The position numbers and the translations under genes are program-made. The notes beneath the pieces were generated by a model. It was not told the DNA's origin. It saw only the letters and a list, made by a program, of their open reading frames with translations, and did not search any database. Shown here piece by piece: positions 38,475 through 48,441 of a stretch of DNA of 64,000 nt. The stretch is taken from contig CAXXDN010000001.1 in NCBI GenBank assembly GCA_963667465.2, positions 512,001-576,000 of the forward strand, read 5' to 3'. Origin of the DNA: Dehalococcoidia bacterium. Its GTDB lineage: Bacteria; Chloroflexota; Dehalococcoidia; UBA2979. The first letter of the stretch is position 1. Each line of letters begins with the position of its first letter.

Positions 38475-40904
38475 ATGTCCTCCGAGGGCTCCGGGCGACC
38501 CCTGACATCCGGCGACGAGCCGACTCCGGCTGCGGCATCCGCTGGCGCACTGGCCGGCGTGCTGGTCATCGATGCGAGCGAGGGCGTGGCCGGCGGCTAT
38601 GCCGGGCGGCTGCTCGCTGACCTTGGCGCGGAGGTCGTGAAGGTCGAGCCGCCCGCGGGCGACCGGCTCCGCGCGCTCGGACCGTTCCCCGGCGACCAAC
38701 TCGACCTCGAGGCGGGCGGCCTCCACCTCGCGCTGAACGCCGGCAAGCGCTCGCTGGTGCTGGACCTCGAGTCTCGCGAGGGGCGGGAGCGGCTCCGTGC
38801 GCTGGCCGCGCTGGCCGACATCCTGCTCGAGGGCGCCGGCCCCGGGGTGATGGAGGGCCGGGGCCTCGGCCCCGAGCGGCTGCTCGCGGCCAACCCGCAG
38901 CTGGTCTACGCCTCGCATTCTCCGTTCGGGCTGACCGGACCCTACGCGGGGCGGGTCACGAGCGAGATCGTCGACTGGGCGATGGGCGGCTACCTGTACT
39001 TCGGCGGCGATCCGGGGCGGTCGCCGATCATGGTGCACGGTCACCAGGCGGAGCTGCACGCAGGCATGCAGCTCGCCGCGGGAGCGCTCGCGGCGCTGTG
39101 GCACGCGCGGCGCACGGGCGCCGGGCAACACCTCGAGGCCACCACGATCGAGTCCGTGCTGAATGCGCACGTCTGGCTGACGACGATGTGGACGCACGAG
39201 GGCCTGATCCAGACCCGCGAGCCCTCGCCACTGATTCCCTGCGCCGACGGACACGTGGTCTGGCTGGGGACGCCCAACCTCGACATCTTTGTGCTGATCG
39301 AGCGGCCGGACCTGATCGACGACCCGCGCTGGGCGACGCCCGAGGGCTGGCGCGAGTCCGTGCCGGAGATTCGCGCCCTGCTGGCCGAGTGGGCGGCCGA
39401 CCGTCCACGCGCCGAGATCTGCGAGAAGGGCCAGACGCTGCGGCTGGCCGTCACGCCGGTCAACACCGTCGAGGAGCTCGCGCAGTCGGCGCAGCTCCGG
39501 GCGCGGGGCTGGTGGCGAGAGACGCCGCACCCGGAGCTCGGCGCCCTGCTGCTTCCCGGTCCGCCGTGGCTGCTGTCGGGCACGCCCGCCGGTCCGCGCG
39601 GCGCGGCGCCACGGCTCGCCGCCGACGCCGGGTACGAGCCCCCTCCTCGCGAGCGGGCGACGCCGGGGGCCGCCGACCCGGACGCGCTGCCCCTCGAGGG
39701 CGTCAGGGTCATCGAGGTTACGGGTAACTGGTCGGGACCGCTGGCCGGCCGGCACCTCGGGGACCTCGGGGCGGAGGTGGTGAAGATCGAGCTGGCGCGG
39801 CGGCCCGCCACCCGCGTCAGCCACCCGCCGGGGAACGAGGGCTGGGAGACGTTCTACAACCGCTCCGGCTACTTCAACCTCCTCAACCGCAACAAGCGCG
39901 ACCTCTGCCTCGACCTTGGGACCGAGCGCGGGCGCGAGCTGTTCCTGCGACTCGTCGAGGATGCCGACGTCGTGCTCGAGAACAACAGCGCGCGCGTCTT
40001 CCCGCAGCTCGGCCTCGACTACGAGACGCTCGCGAGGCGCAATCCGCGGATCGTGATGTGCTCGATCGCGGGCTATGGCGCCACCGGCCCGGAGCGCGAT
40101 TACCTCGCGTACGGCTCGAACATCGAGGCCTCCTGCGGGCTGGCGGCGCAGACCGGGTACGGCGACGGGGCTCCGCGCGGCACCAACTCGTACTACGCGG
40201 ATCCGATCACCGGGGCGCACGCCATCGTCGGCATCCTCGCGGCGCTGCACGCCCGCGAGCGCACCGGCCGGGGGCAGCAGCTCGACATGGCGCTCCAGGA
40301 ATCGGGGGCGGCGTTCATGATCGAGTCGATCATGGACTACCGGCTCAACGGCCGGGTCGCGCGCCCTCGCGGGAACCGCTCGACGCGAATCGCGCCGCAG
40401 GGCGTGTACCGCTCGCTCGGGACCGACTGCTGGCTCGCGATCGGCGTCGAGACGGACGAGCAGTGGCGGGCGCTGTGCACGGTGATCGAGCGCCCCGAGC
40501 TCGCCGATCGCTTCCCCATGCTCGAGGACCGGCTCGCCGCCCACAACGAGATCGACGCCGCCATCGAGGGCTGGTCCGGGTCGCGCAATCACAACCGCGC
40601 CACCGAGGCGCTGCAGGAGGCCGGCGTTCCGGCGGGCCCGGTGCTCGCGAACTGGGAGATCGTCAGCGACCCGCACCTCTACGAACGCGGCTACTTCGTC
40701 GACATCGTGCACCCGGACGTCGGGCATCAGCGCTGGGAGGGCTTCCCCTGGCGACTCTCGCGGACCCCGGCGCGCGTCCGCCGGCCCGCCCCGCTGTTCG
40801 CTCAGCACACCGACGAGATCCTCGGCGAGCTGGGGCTCAGCTCCACGGAGATCGCGCGACTGCGCGACGACGGAGTAGTCGGCTACGAGCCGCTGTACGG
40901 CTGA
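38475..40904 (+). CDS. Fused two-domain CaiB/BaiF (family III) CoA-transferase
   Basis: Two LADLGAEV.K.E / LN..KR modules; start reassigned to ATG 38475. Confidence 0.88.
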   Translation: MSSEGSGRPLTSGDEPTPAAASAGALAGVLVIDASEGVAGGYAGRLLADLGAEVVKVEPPAGDRLRALGPFPGDQLDLEAGGLHLALNAGKRSLVLDLESREGRERLRALAALADILLEGAGPGVMEGRGLGPERLLAANPQLVYASHSPFGLTGPYAGRVTSEIVDWAMGGYLYFGGDPGRSPIMVHGHQAELHAGMQLAAGALAALWHARRTGAGQHLEATTIESVLNAHVWLTTMWTHEGLIQTREPSPLIPCADGHVVWLGTPNLDIFVLIERPDLIDDPRWATPEGWRESVPEIRALLAEWAADRPRAEICEKGQTLRLAVTPVNTVEELAQSAQLRARGWWRETPHPELGALLLPGPPWLLSGTPAGPRGAAPRLAADAGYEPPPRERATPGAADPDALPLEGVRVIEVTGNWSGPLAGRHLGDLGAEVVKIELARRPATRVSHPPGNEGWETFYNRSGYFNLLNRNKRDLCLDLGTERGRELFLRLVEDADVVLENNSARVFPQLGLDYETLARRNPRIVMCSIAGYGATGPERDYLAYGSNIEASCGLAAQTGYGDGAPRGTNSYYADPITGAHAIVGILAALHARERTGRGQQLDMALQESGAAFMIESIMDYRLNGRVARPRGNRSTRIAPQGVYRSLGTDCWLAIGVETDEQWRALCTVIERPELADRFPMLEDRLAAHNEIDAAIEGWSGSRNHNRATEALQEAGVPAGPVLANWEIVSDPHLYERGYFVDIVHPDVGHQRWEGFPWRLSRTPARVRRPAPLFAQHTDEILGELGLSSTEIARLRDDGVVGYEPLYG

Positions 40905-40913
40905 GGCAGGCGG

Positions 40914-41975
40914 CTACTCCAGCCCGTAGGCCTCCGCCAGTTCCGGGTCTTTCGAGGCCAGCAGCTCCGCCAGGTCGAGCATGACGAGCGCCTGCTTGTA
41001 GGTCGCGTCGTCCTGCATCTTGCCGTCCAGCATCACCACGCCCGAGCCGTCGCCCATGTGCTCGACGATGCGCCTGGCGAAGGCGACCTCGTCCGCAGGG
41101 GGGCTGAAGACGCGCTTCGCGATCTCGATCTGGTTCGGGTGCAGCGTCCAGGCGCCGACGCAGCCCATCAGGAAGGCCGCGCGGAACTGATCCTCGCAGG
41201 CCAGCGGGTCCGCGATGTCGCCGAACGGCCCGTAGTAGGGCAGTGCGCCGGCCTCGACGCAGGCGTCGACCATGCGCGCGAGCGTGTAGTGCCAGAGATC
41301 CTGCTGCGCCGTCGGGCGCGGCGCCTCGTCGTCATCGGGCACCGGATCGCTGCGCACCAGGTAGCCGGGGTGACCGCCGCCGACGCGCGTGGTCTTCATC
41401 CGCCGCGAGGCGGCGAGGTCGGCCGGCCCGAGGCTCATGCCCTGCACGCGCGGACTCGCCTGCGCGATCTCCTTGACGTGGTTCACGCCTCCGGCGGTCT
41501 CGAGGACGGCGTGGATCAGGTAGGGCCGCGTCAGCCCGTGCCGCGCTTCCAGCTGCGCGAGCAGCTGATCCGCCCAGTGGATGTCCCACGGCCCGGTGAC
41601 CTTGGGCAGCATGATCACCTCGAGGCGCTCGCCGAGGGCAGCCGTCAGCTCGATCAGGTCGTCCAGCACCCAGGGACTGTCGAGGCTGTTGACGCGCGTC
41701 CACAGCGCCGTCTCCCCGAGGTCGCCGCTCTGGCCGACCTCGATCAGGCCGGCGCGCGCCTCCAGCTTCTTGTCGGACGGGATCGCGTCCTCGAGATTGC
41801 CGACCAGCACGTCGACCTGCGCGGCCATCGACGCGACGCGCGCGCGCATGCGCTCGTTGGAGGGGTCGAAGAAGTGCAGCATCCGCGTCGGCGTGACGGG
41901 AATCTCGTCGGGCGGCGGTGGTGCGCCGAGGGCCAGTGGCTTGCGCCATTCGCGGGGCGTGCGTGTCGCGCTCAT
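40914..41975 (-). CDS. mcl: Malyl-CoA/beta-methylmalyl-CoA/citramalyl-CoA lyase
   Basis: [50 protein letters not shown] (Chloroflexus-type signature). Confidence 0.85.
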   Translation of the reverse strand: MSATRTPREWRKPLALGAPPPPDEIPVTPTRMLHFFDPSNERMRARVASMAAQVDVLVGNLEDAIPSDKKLEARAGLIEVGQSGDLGETALWTRVNSLDSPWVLDDLIELTAALGERLEVIMLPKVTGPWDIHWADQLLAQLEARHGLTRPYLIHAVLETAGGVNHVKEIAQASPRVQGMSLGPADLAASRRMKTTRVGGGHPGYLVRSDPVPDDDEAPRPTAQQDLWHYTLARMVDACVEAGALPYYGPFGDIADPLACEDQFRAAFLMGCVGAWTLHPNQIEIAKRVFSPPADEVAFARRIVEHMGDGSGVVMLDGKMQDDATYKQALVMLDLAELLASKDPELAEAYGLE

Positions 41976-42092
41976 CGGCAGCTCCCGGTGATCCAGACTG
42001 TCGTTCCGTGCAGGCGGCCGGACCCGCCGGCGCGTGCGCAGCCTAGCCGGGGCGGCGACGCCACGCCAGCGCCCGCCGTGCCGCGGCGGCGC

Positions 42093-43016
42093 CTAGCGAT
42101 CGAGGTCGGCGGCGCGGCGGGCGGCGCGCCGGTCGGAGGTTTCCAGGAGGCGGTCGAGCGCGAGCGCGGGCAGCAGGATCGCGGCGCCACCGATCGCCAT
42201 CAGCAACCCGTTGCGGATTGGCCCGCTGGCGAGCGTGTCCATGATCGAGCGCACCTCGTTGCCGATCGCGCCGTCGTCGGCGAGAACGCCGAACAGGAAG
42301 CGGATCAGCAGCGCGCCGAACAGCACGAGCGCGCCCGCGAGCAGGGTCGCGCCGCCGAGGCGGATCAGCCGGCCGAAGCCCACGCCGAGCAGCAGCAGCA
42401 CCGCAGCCAGCGCCGCCGCGACATAACCGAGCGGCGTCACGAACGAGCTCCAGCGATCGTGCTCGCTCGCGCGCAGGCGCACGATCAATTGGTCGAGCAG
42501 CCCCGCGCTCGAGAAGCGCGAAGGCGGCGTGATTGCGCCGTCGGGGTCGCGGAACGCTACGAGCCCCTCCTCGCGGAGGAGCAGCGCGCTGCGCTCCACG
42601 AGCGCTGCGCGCAGCAATCGAAGGTCGAACGCGCCATCGGCGCCCGTCGCCGCCGAGGCCGGGACGGACACGTTCAGCGGGTAGCCGGGCACGTCGATCA
42701 GGCCGCCGGCGAGCGCCTGTTCCTCGAGATTCTCAGCGTGCACCTCGAGCAGGCCGTCGACGCCGGTGAGCACGATCGCGGCGCGGGTGATGGCGGGGAG
42801 GGCGGCCTCGGGGGTGGTGGCCTGCGCGAGGCTGAAGGCGGAGAGCCAGGCGGTGAGCACGACGGCGAGCAGCAGGCCGGCCGCGCCGAAGGCGAAGTCG
42901 CGCAGGCCCGCGGTCGCGTTGAACTCGTCGAAGGGGTCCGGGATCACGTCCCAGGGGCCGCTCCTGCTCACCACCGGCGCCGGCCGCCGGCCGACCGGCG
43001 GATCGAGGCGGCTCAC
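42093..43016 (-). CDS. Hypothetical membrane protein
   Basis: GTG overlaps the upstream stop; several hydrophobic segments. Confidence 0.65.
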   Translation of the reverse strand: MSRLDPPVGRRPAPVVSRSGPWDVIPDPFDEFNATAGLRDFAFGAAGLLLAVVLTAWLSAFSLAQATTPEAALPAITRAAIVLTGVDGLLEVHAENLEEQALAGGLIDVPGYPLNVSVPASAATGADGAFDLRLLRAALVERSALLLREEGLVAFRDPDGAITPPSRFSSAGLLDQLIVRLRASEHDRWSSFVTPLGYVAAALAAVLLLLGVGFGRLIRLGGATLLAGALVLFGALLIRFLFGVLADDGAIGNEVRSIMDTLASGPIRNGLLMAIGGAAILLPALALDRLLETSDRRAARRAADLDR

Positions 43017-43558
43017 GAGCGTCGCACCAGTCGCGTGCCGGCGATCCAGTCGTGCGGCAGGCGTCCGTGGGGCCGCTCGCGCTTGCGCGCCGCGCTCACG
43101 GCGAGCGACGCCAGCCAGAAGGCGCCGCCTCCGACGGCGATGAGCAAGCCGACGACCAGCGCCAGGACCGGGTGCACCCCCGCCAGCAGCGAGGTGAGCA
43201 ACAGCCAGCCCCAGAGCAGCAGCGAGAGCGGGTGCAGCAGCAGTCGCAGCGCGCGCCTCCAGCGCGGGCCCTCGACGGCGAGGCCGAGCCGCGCCTGCCC
43301 GAACGTCGCGCCGAGGCGGTAGAGGCGGAGCGCCTGCCAGGCCGTCCAGGCGGGCACGATCGCTCCGATCAGCGAGGTGGCGATCAGCGTGTCTCCCGTC
43401 TCCGCGTCGTAGCGACCCGCCGAGCTGCGGATCAGCAGCCAGACGAACGCCACGACCAGCCCGGCCAGCAACAGCAGCAGCAGCGTCGCGGCGTCGATCA
43501 CGACGGCCACCAGCCGCACGAGGCGTCCCGCCCGCTGCTGGCCGCCGACGCTGCTCAT
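43013..43558 (-). CDS. RDD-like membrane protein
   Basis: RLVAVVID, GATFGQ..LGL.V, R.PHD.IAGT.LV. Confidence 0.7.
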   Translation of the reverse strand: MSSVGGQQRAGRLVRLVAVVIDAATLLLLLLAGLVVAFVWLLIRSSAGRYDAETGDTLIATSLIGAIVPAWTAWQALRLYRLGATFGQARLGLAVEGPRWRRALRLLLHPLSLLLWGWLLLTSLLAGVHPVLALVVGLLIAVGGGAFWLASLAVSAARKRERPHGRLPHDWIAGTRLVRRS

Positions 43559-43608
43559 CGCTCCCGACTATACGACGGCGCGCCGTCAACGATTACGCTG
43601 GATACCTG

Positions 43609-44793
43609 GTGAGATCGAGAGTTCAGGCGGCGGCCGGCCGGGTGGCGCGCGGCGCGAGGGCGGCAACGCCCTCGCTCGCGGCATTCGCGACGGGCCTCCT
43701 CGCCGCGCTCCTGCTCTGGAGCGCCCTGTTCGCGCTGCAAGGGGGCGCTGCGCACGATGAGTTCGATGTCGCCCACTTCGCGCGGTGGGAGCTGGGGGCG
43801 CTCACGAACAAGTGGGTCTTCGCCGCGGGCGAGCCGCTGCGCGACGACCCGCCGGCCGACGAGGCAATCGCCGCCTGGTTCGCCCTCCGCGATCGCGACA
43901 GCGACGAGGCGCGGCGCCTCGAGAACGTCGCCGAGGCGGCGATCGAGGGTCGCGTCGACGCGGCGATCCGCGAGCAGGGACTGAGCTTCCCGCTGACGCT
44001 GCCCGGCCCGCTCGCGGTCTGGCCGCCGCTGGACATCGAGTTGACCCCGTCGCCGCACGTGCTGGTCATTTCGCCCCGCACCGCGATCCGGCGCCAGGAG
44101 CAGCGCATCCTGCAACTCGACCTCGGGCTCGAGGAGCTCTACCGGATCGAGCGCGAGGCGGAGGAGCGTGACGACTCGATCGCCGCCTTCGTGGCGCCGA
44201 CGGGCGGCGTCGCGTTCTATCCGGCGATCGTCAGCGACGAGAGCAGCTACCGCGGCGCGGTGAGCACGGCGGCGCACGAATGGGTGCACCACTACCTCAT
44301 CTTCTATCCGCTCGGGCGCGCCTACTTCACCGACGATGACGCGCAGACGATCAACGAGACGGTCGCCAGCCTCGTCGGTTGGGAGTTGCGTGACGCCGTG
44401 CTCGAACGCTTCGGCGACCCCACGCCGTCGCGTGCCTCTACGCCCGCATCCGCCCCGACCGTCGACCGCAGCGAGGTGCTGCGTGAGCTGCGCCTGGAGG
44501 TGGACGCGCTGCTCGAGGAGGGCAAGGTGGAGCAGGCGGAGCGGCGCATGGAGGAGGTGCGGCTGATGCTCGCCGATCACGGCGTCTCGATCCGCCGCAT
44601 CAACCAGGCGTACTTCGCCTGGTACGGGACATACGCCGCGCGTCCGGACGCGGTGGACCCGCTTGGCGGCCAGTTGCGCGAGCTTCGCGAGCGTGCCGGG
44701 TCGCTCGCCCGCTTCCTGGAGCTCGTGCGCGGCGTGACCACGCGCGTGGGCGTCGAGGCGCTGCTCGCGAGCACCGACGAGTCTCCGGGGTAA
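43609..44793 (+). CDS. Membrane-anchored HEXXH metallopeptidase-like protein
   Basis: N-terminal TM segment; AAHEWVHH, NETVA, INQAYFA..G.Y. Confidence 0.65.
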   Translation: MRSRVQAAAGRVARGARAATPSLAAFATGLLAALLLWSALFALQGGAAHDEFDVAHFARWELGALTNKWVFAAGEPLRDDPPADEAIAAWFALRDRDSDEARRLENVAEAAIEGRVDAAIREQGLSFPLTLPGPLAVWPPLDIELTPSPHVLVISPRTAIRRQEQRILQLDLGLEELYRIEREAEERDDSIAAFVAPTGGVAFYPAIVSDESSYRGAVSTAAHEWVHHYLIFYPLGRAYFTDDDAQTINETVASLVGWELRDAVLERFGDPTPSRASTPASAPTVDRSEVLRELRLEVDALLEEGKVEQAERRMEEVRLMLADHGVSIRRINQAYFAWYGTYAARPDAVDPLGGQLRELRERAGSLARFLELVRGVTTRVGVEALLASTDESPG

Positions 44794-44830
44794 CACGCCG
44801 CGCGCGAGGTGGCGACGCGCGGGGCCCCGA

Positions 44831-47800
44831 TCACGGTGCGCCGTTGTCGACGCGCACGCGCACGGTGGCGACGGCATTCCCGAACTGCCCGTCGCTCACG
44901 GTCAGCCGGATCGTGTAGAGGCCATTGTCGTAGCCGGTCGTGTCCCAGTAGGCGATTGCGCCGCTGGTTGCCGGCTCCTCGGAGCGGTGGATCTCTGTCC
45001 AGCTGGCCGGCTCGGTTCCCGCGCCCACGTCCAGGCGCAGCTCCTCGAACCGGCCGGAGGAGGCGAAGCCGTCGATCGGCGCGTTGCCGCCGATCACCTG
45101 GTCCGTGATCGGCCGCGTGATGCGCGCGACGGGTGGGGCGTTGCCGTTGGACGCGGCCTCACCGTTGGCGATCACCACCGGGACGGCGTAGCGCCACCTG
45201 CCCAGTTCCGAGTCTTCCAGCCGCACGCGCAGCGTGTAGGCGCCGTCCGGCAGCTGTGTCGTGTCCCAGCGCGCCAGCACGCCGCCCTCGATTGCCTGTA
45301 CCGAGGCCGCGAAGGCGACCCACGCCGACGGGTTGGTGCCACGCCCCCACTCCACCACGTAGCGCTCGAAGGTGGGGGAGGCCGCGCGCCCGATCACGGC
45401 GACCGATCCGGAAAGCCGCTTGCCCGCGACGGGCGAGGAGACCTGCAGGAGATTCGCGCCGGCTGCACTGTCCAGCGTGGGGGCGAGCAGGTGCAGGACG
45501 CCGTAGCCCCTGGCCCACTCCTCGATGTTGTCCCATTCCTCGATCTCTTCGTCGGGCAGCACCAGCCGCACCTCGCGCCGGATGAAGGCGGGCGGCGTGT
45601 CCTCCGTCGCGCGCAGCCCGGTGCGGGAGTCGATCTCGACCTCTTGCCACCAGGTGTCCTGCAGCTCCTCCAAGTCGTGGGTAGCGAGCACGTCGAACGC
45701 GTAGAGGCCGTTGTAGCGGTGGATCTCGGGGCAGAGCTCGCTGGGCAGGCGGCCGGAGGGCCAGCACAACTCGCGGGACTCGATGCCCGCGGGCTGCACG
45801 AAGTTCTTCGCCTCCAGTCCGTAGTAGTCGTGCGCGTACTCCATGAAATCGCGCCAGGCCTTCCAGGCGATGGTCGTCGAGTAGATGCCCTCGATCGGCG
45901 AGTTGTCCGAGTTGCCTGCCCAGATCCCGGACACGAGGTCGGGCGTATAGCCGAAGGTCCACGTCTCGCCGATCTCCTTCGAGTCCTCGAAGGGCTCGCT
46001 CGTTCCCGTCTTCTTACCGGACGGCCGGTCCTCCAGCTCCAGCGCGCCGCAGCTGCTGAAGATGATGCACTGCGTGTCCGGGTCCGAGATGATCGAGGTC
46101 ACGAGGTAGGCGTAGTTTTCCTCGACCACGCGCCGCTCGACGGGCGCCTGGAAGTCGTACAGCAGAGCGCCCTCGGAGTTGGTGACGCGCAGCAGCGCGA
46201 CGGGGTCGAGCGTGCGCTCGCCGGCGCCGTGCGGCTCCAGCACCTCCTGGCCGCGCATCACGCCGCCGTTGGCCAGCACGCTGTAGGCGTAGGTCAGATC
46301 CTCGAGCGTGATGTCGGCGCCGCCGAGCGTAAGTGCCGGTCCGTAGCCGCGCGGCGAGTCGAGGGTCGTCAGCCCCACCTGACGCATGAGCGTGGTGGTG
46401 TTGCCGACCCCGGCGAACTGGATCGTCTTGAAAGCGGGGATATTCAGCGAGTTGCCGAGGGCGTTCGCGGCGCTGATCGTGCCCGTAAAGAAGTTCGGCG
46501 GACCCGGGTTGGTCGGCTCGAAGAACTCGCCCGTGGCCGGGTCGATCACCTTCGTGGGGACGTCGAGGATACCCGCGCCCGTGCTCCAGCCCCGCATGAA
46601 GGCGGACATGTAGGTGAACGGCTTGAGCGTCGAACCCGGCGAGTTCTCAGCGATCACGTTGTCGTTGCGGCCCTCGATGTCGTCGCGGAAATAGTCGCGG
46701 CTCCCGACGTAGACGAGGATCTGCCCCGTGTGCGGATCGAGGGCGTAGAAGGCGCCGTTGTGGCTCCGGTGCTCGAACTCGTCGGTGGAGATGCGCCGTT
46801 CCAGGATGCGCAGCGCCTCGTGCTGCAGGCCGAGGTCGAGCGTCGTGATCACCTCGAGGCCGTCTTCGTAGAGGGCGCGCTCGCCGAAGCGCAGCGCGAT
46901 CTCCTCCGCGACGCGCCCGAGCACGAAGTGCGGCGCCTCGATGTCGAAGCGGTTGGCCTTGAAGACCAGCTGCTCGCGGCGCGCAGTGTCGGCCTCGGTT
47001 GGCGTGATCAGACCGTGGCGCACCATCAGGTCCAGCACCACGCGCTGCCGGATGATCGAGGCTGTGGGGTTCTCGAGCGGGTTGTAGAGCGCGGGCGACT
47101 GCGGGATGCCGGCGAGCAGCGCCGCCTCCGCCAGCGTCAGCTCGCTCGCCTGCTTCCCGAAGTAGCCCTCGGCGGCGGCCTGGATGCCGACGTAGATGCC
47201 CCCGTAGGAGATCGAGTTGAGGTACCACTCGAGGATCTGGTCCTTCGTGTAGCGCCTCGTCAACTCGATCGCGATCGCGGCCTCCCGCAGCTTGCGCTCG
47301 ACCGTGCGCTCGGATCGCTGTTCCTTCGGGATGTAGACGTTCTTGGCAAGCTGTTGCGTGATCGAGGATCCGCCGGTGCCCCCGAGGAACTCGGTGTCCG
47401 AGAACGGGGTGAAGTTCTCGACGCCGGCGCGGGCAAGACCGCGCACGTTGAGGCCGTTGTTCGTGAAGAAGCTCGCGTCCTCGGTCGCGATCGTCGCGGC
47501 GATCACCCACTCGGAGATCTGGTCGATCGGCACTGGTCGCCGCAGTCCGCCGAACTCGTCGATGAACTCGTAGAGCAGCACGCCGTTGCGGTCGTAGATG
47601 CGCGCGCCACCGCGCGGCAACGAGGCGAGCAGTTCCTCGGGAGGCGCGACGTAGGCGATGAACTCGTCGTATTTCTGCTGGCCGTAGAGCACGCTGCCCG
47701 CCGCCGCGGCGCTGCTCGCGATGAGCAACACGCCGAGCAGGCCAACGAAGAGCAAGAGCACGCGGCTGATGCGGCGGCCGCCACTCGCGGCCGGCGTCTG

Positions 47801-47848
47801 CCGACGCCTGCGGGCGCGCCGTCGCCGCGCGCGCTGGCTGATGGTCAC
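44831..47848 (-). CDS. Class A penicillin-binding protein (transglycosylase/transpeptidase) with two C-terminal Ig-like repeats
   Basis: ATEDA.F, GGSSITQQLAKN, RKLRE, S-T-L-K, SLN, KTGT; start reassigned to GTG 47848. Confidence 0.92.
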   Translation of the reverse strand: MTISQRARRRRARRRRQTPAASGGRRISRVLLLFVGLLGVLLIASSAAAAGSVLYGQQKYDEFIAYVAPPEELLASLPRGGARIYDRNGVLLYEFIDEFGGLRRPVPIDQISEWVIAATIATEDASFFTNNGLNVRGLARAGVENFTPFSDTEFLGGTGGSSITQQLAKNVYIPKEQRSERTVERKLREAAIAIELTRRYTKDQILEWYLNSISYGGIYVGIQAAAEGYFGKQASELTLAEAALLAGIPQSPALYNPLENPTASIIRQRVVLDLMVRHGLITPTEADTARREQLVFKANRFDIEAPHFVLGRVAEEIALRFGERALYEDGLEVITTLDLGLQHEALRILERRISTDEFEHRSHNGAFYALDPHTGQILVYVGSRDYFRDDIEGRNDNVIAENSPGSTLKPFTYMSAFMRGWSTGAGILDVPTKVIDPATGEFFEPTNPGPPNFFTGTISAANALGNSLNIPAFKTIQFAGVGNTTTLMRQVGLTTLDSPRGYGPALTLGGADITLEDLTYAYSVLANGGVMRGQEVLEPHGAGERTLDPVALLRVTNSEGALLYDFQAPVERRVVEENYAYLVTSIISDPDTQCIIFSSCGALELEDRPSGKKTGTSEPFEDSKEIGETWTFGYTPDLVSGIWAGNSDNSPIEGIYSTTIAWKAWRDFMEYAHDYYGLEAKNFVQPAGIESRELCWPSGRLPSELCPEIHRYNGLYAFDVLATHDLEELQDTWWQEVEIDSRTGLRATEDTPPAFIRREVRLVLPDEEIEEWDNIEEWARGYGVLHLLAPTLDSAAGANLLQVSSPVAGKRLSGSVAVIGRAASPTFERYVVEWGRGTNPSAWVAFAASVQAIEGGVLARWDTTQLPDGAYTLRVRLEDSELGRWRYAVPVVIANGEAASNGNAPPVARITRPITDQVIGGNAPIDGFASSGRFEELRLDVGAGTEPASWTEIHRSEEPATSGAIAYWDTTGYDNGLYTIRLTVSDGQFGNAVATVRVRVDNGAP

Positions 47849-48138
47849 CGGGAGCCCTCGGGCCCACTGTGTCGGATCATGCTGCTCGCAGGTGCGTTCG
47901 CGATCGGGGCGCCTCCTGCCCGCCGCCGAGGCGCGGGCACGACCTCCCGCCAGCCTCGATCGTATCCGCTCGGCTCGCCTCGCCGCCACCGCGGCCGCGC
48001 CCCGGGCGGCGCGCGGATGGTGCGAGCCGCCCGACCGCACATATAGTGCGTACTCATTGGACGAACAGCGGGCGACACGACCCGCCAGGCGCAACCGGCG
48101 CCACTCATCCAGACGTCAGACGGCGCCCGGAGGTTCCC

Positions 48139-48441
48139 GTGGATCTGAGCAGCGACGAGGTCCGCCACATCGCCCGGCTCGCCCGCATCGCGCTCACCGA
48201 CGAGGAGGCGGAGCGCCTTCGCGGCGAGCTGTCGAGCATCCTCGGGCACTGCCAGGCGCTCAGCGCGATCGACACCTCGGGCGTCGCCCCGACGGCGCAG
48301 TCCTTCTCGCTCGTTAACGTCGAGCGCCCGGACGAGGCCCGGCCGTCCGAGCCGGTCTCCGAGGTGCTCGCCAACTCCCCCGCCCGCGAAGGCGACTACA
48401 TCCGCGTGCGCGCGGTCCTCGAACAGGGCCCCGATGGCTGA
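48139..48441 (+). CDS. gatC: Asp/Glu-tRNA amidotransferase subunit C
   Basis: EVRHIARLARI, IDTSGVAPT, N..R.D, GDYIRV; GTG start after GGAGGT. Confidence 0.92.
   Translation: MDLSSDEVRHIARLARIALTDEEAERLRGELSSILGHCQALSAIDTSGVAPTAQSFSLVNVERPDEARPSEPVSEVLANSPAREGDYIRVRAVLEQGPDG

Noticed and set aside
37212-40904. 1230-aa giant ORF
   Set aside because: The first ~420 codons are antisense to the SucC-like gene; the CoA-transferase starts at 38475.
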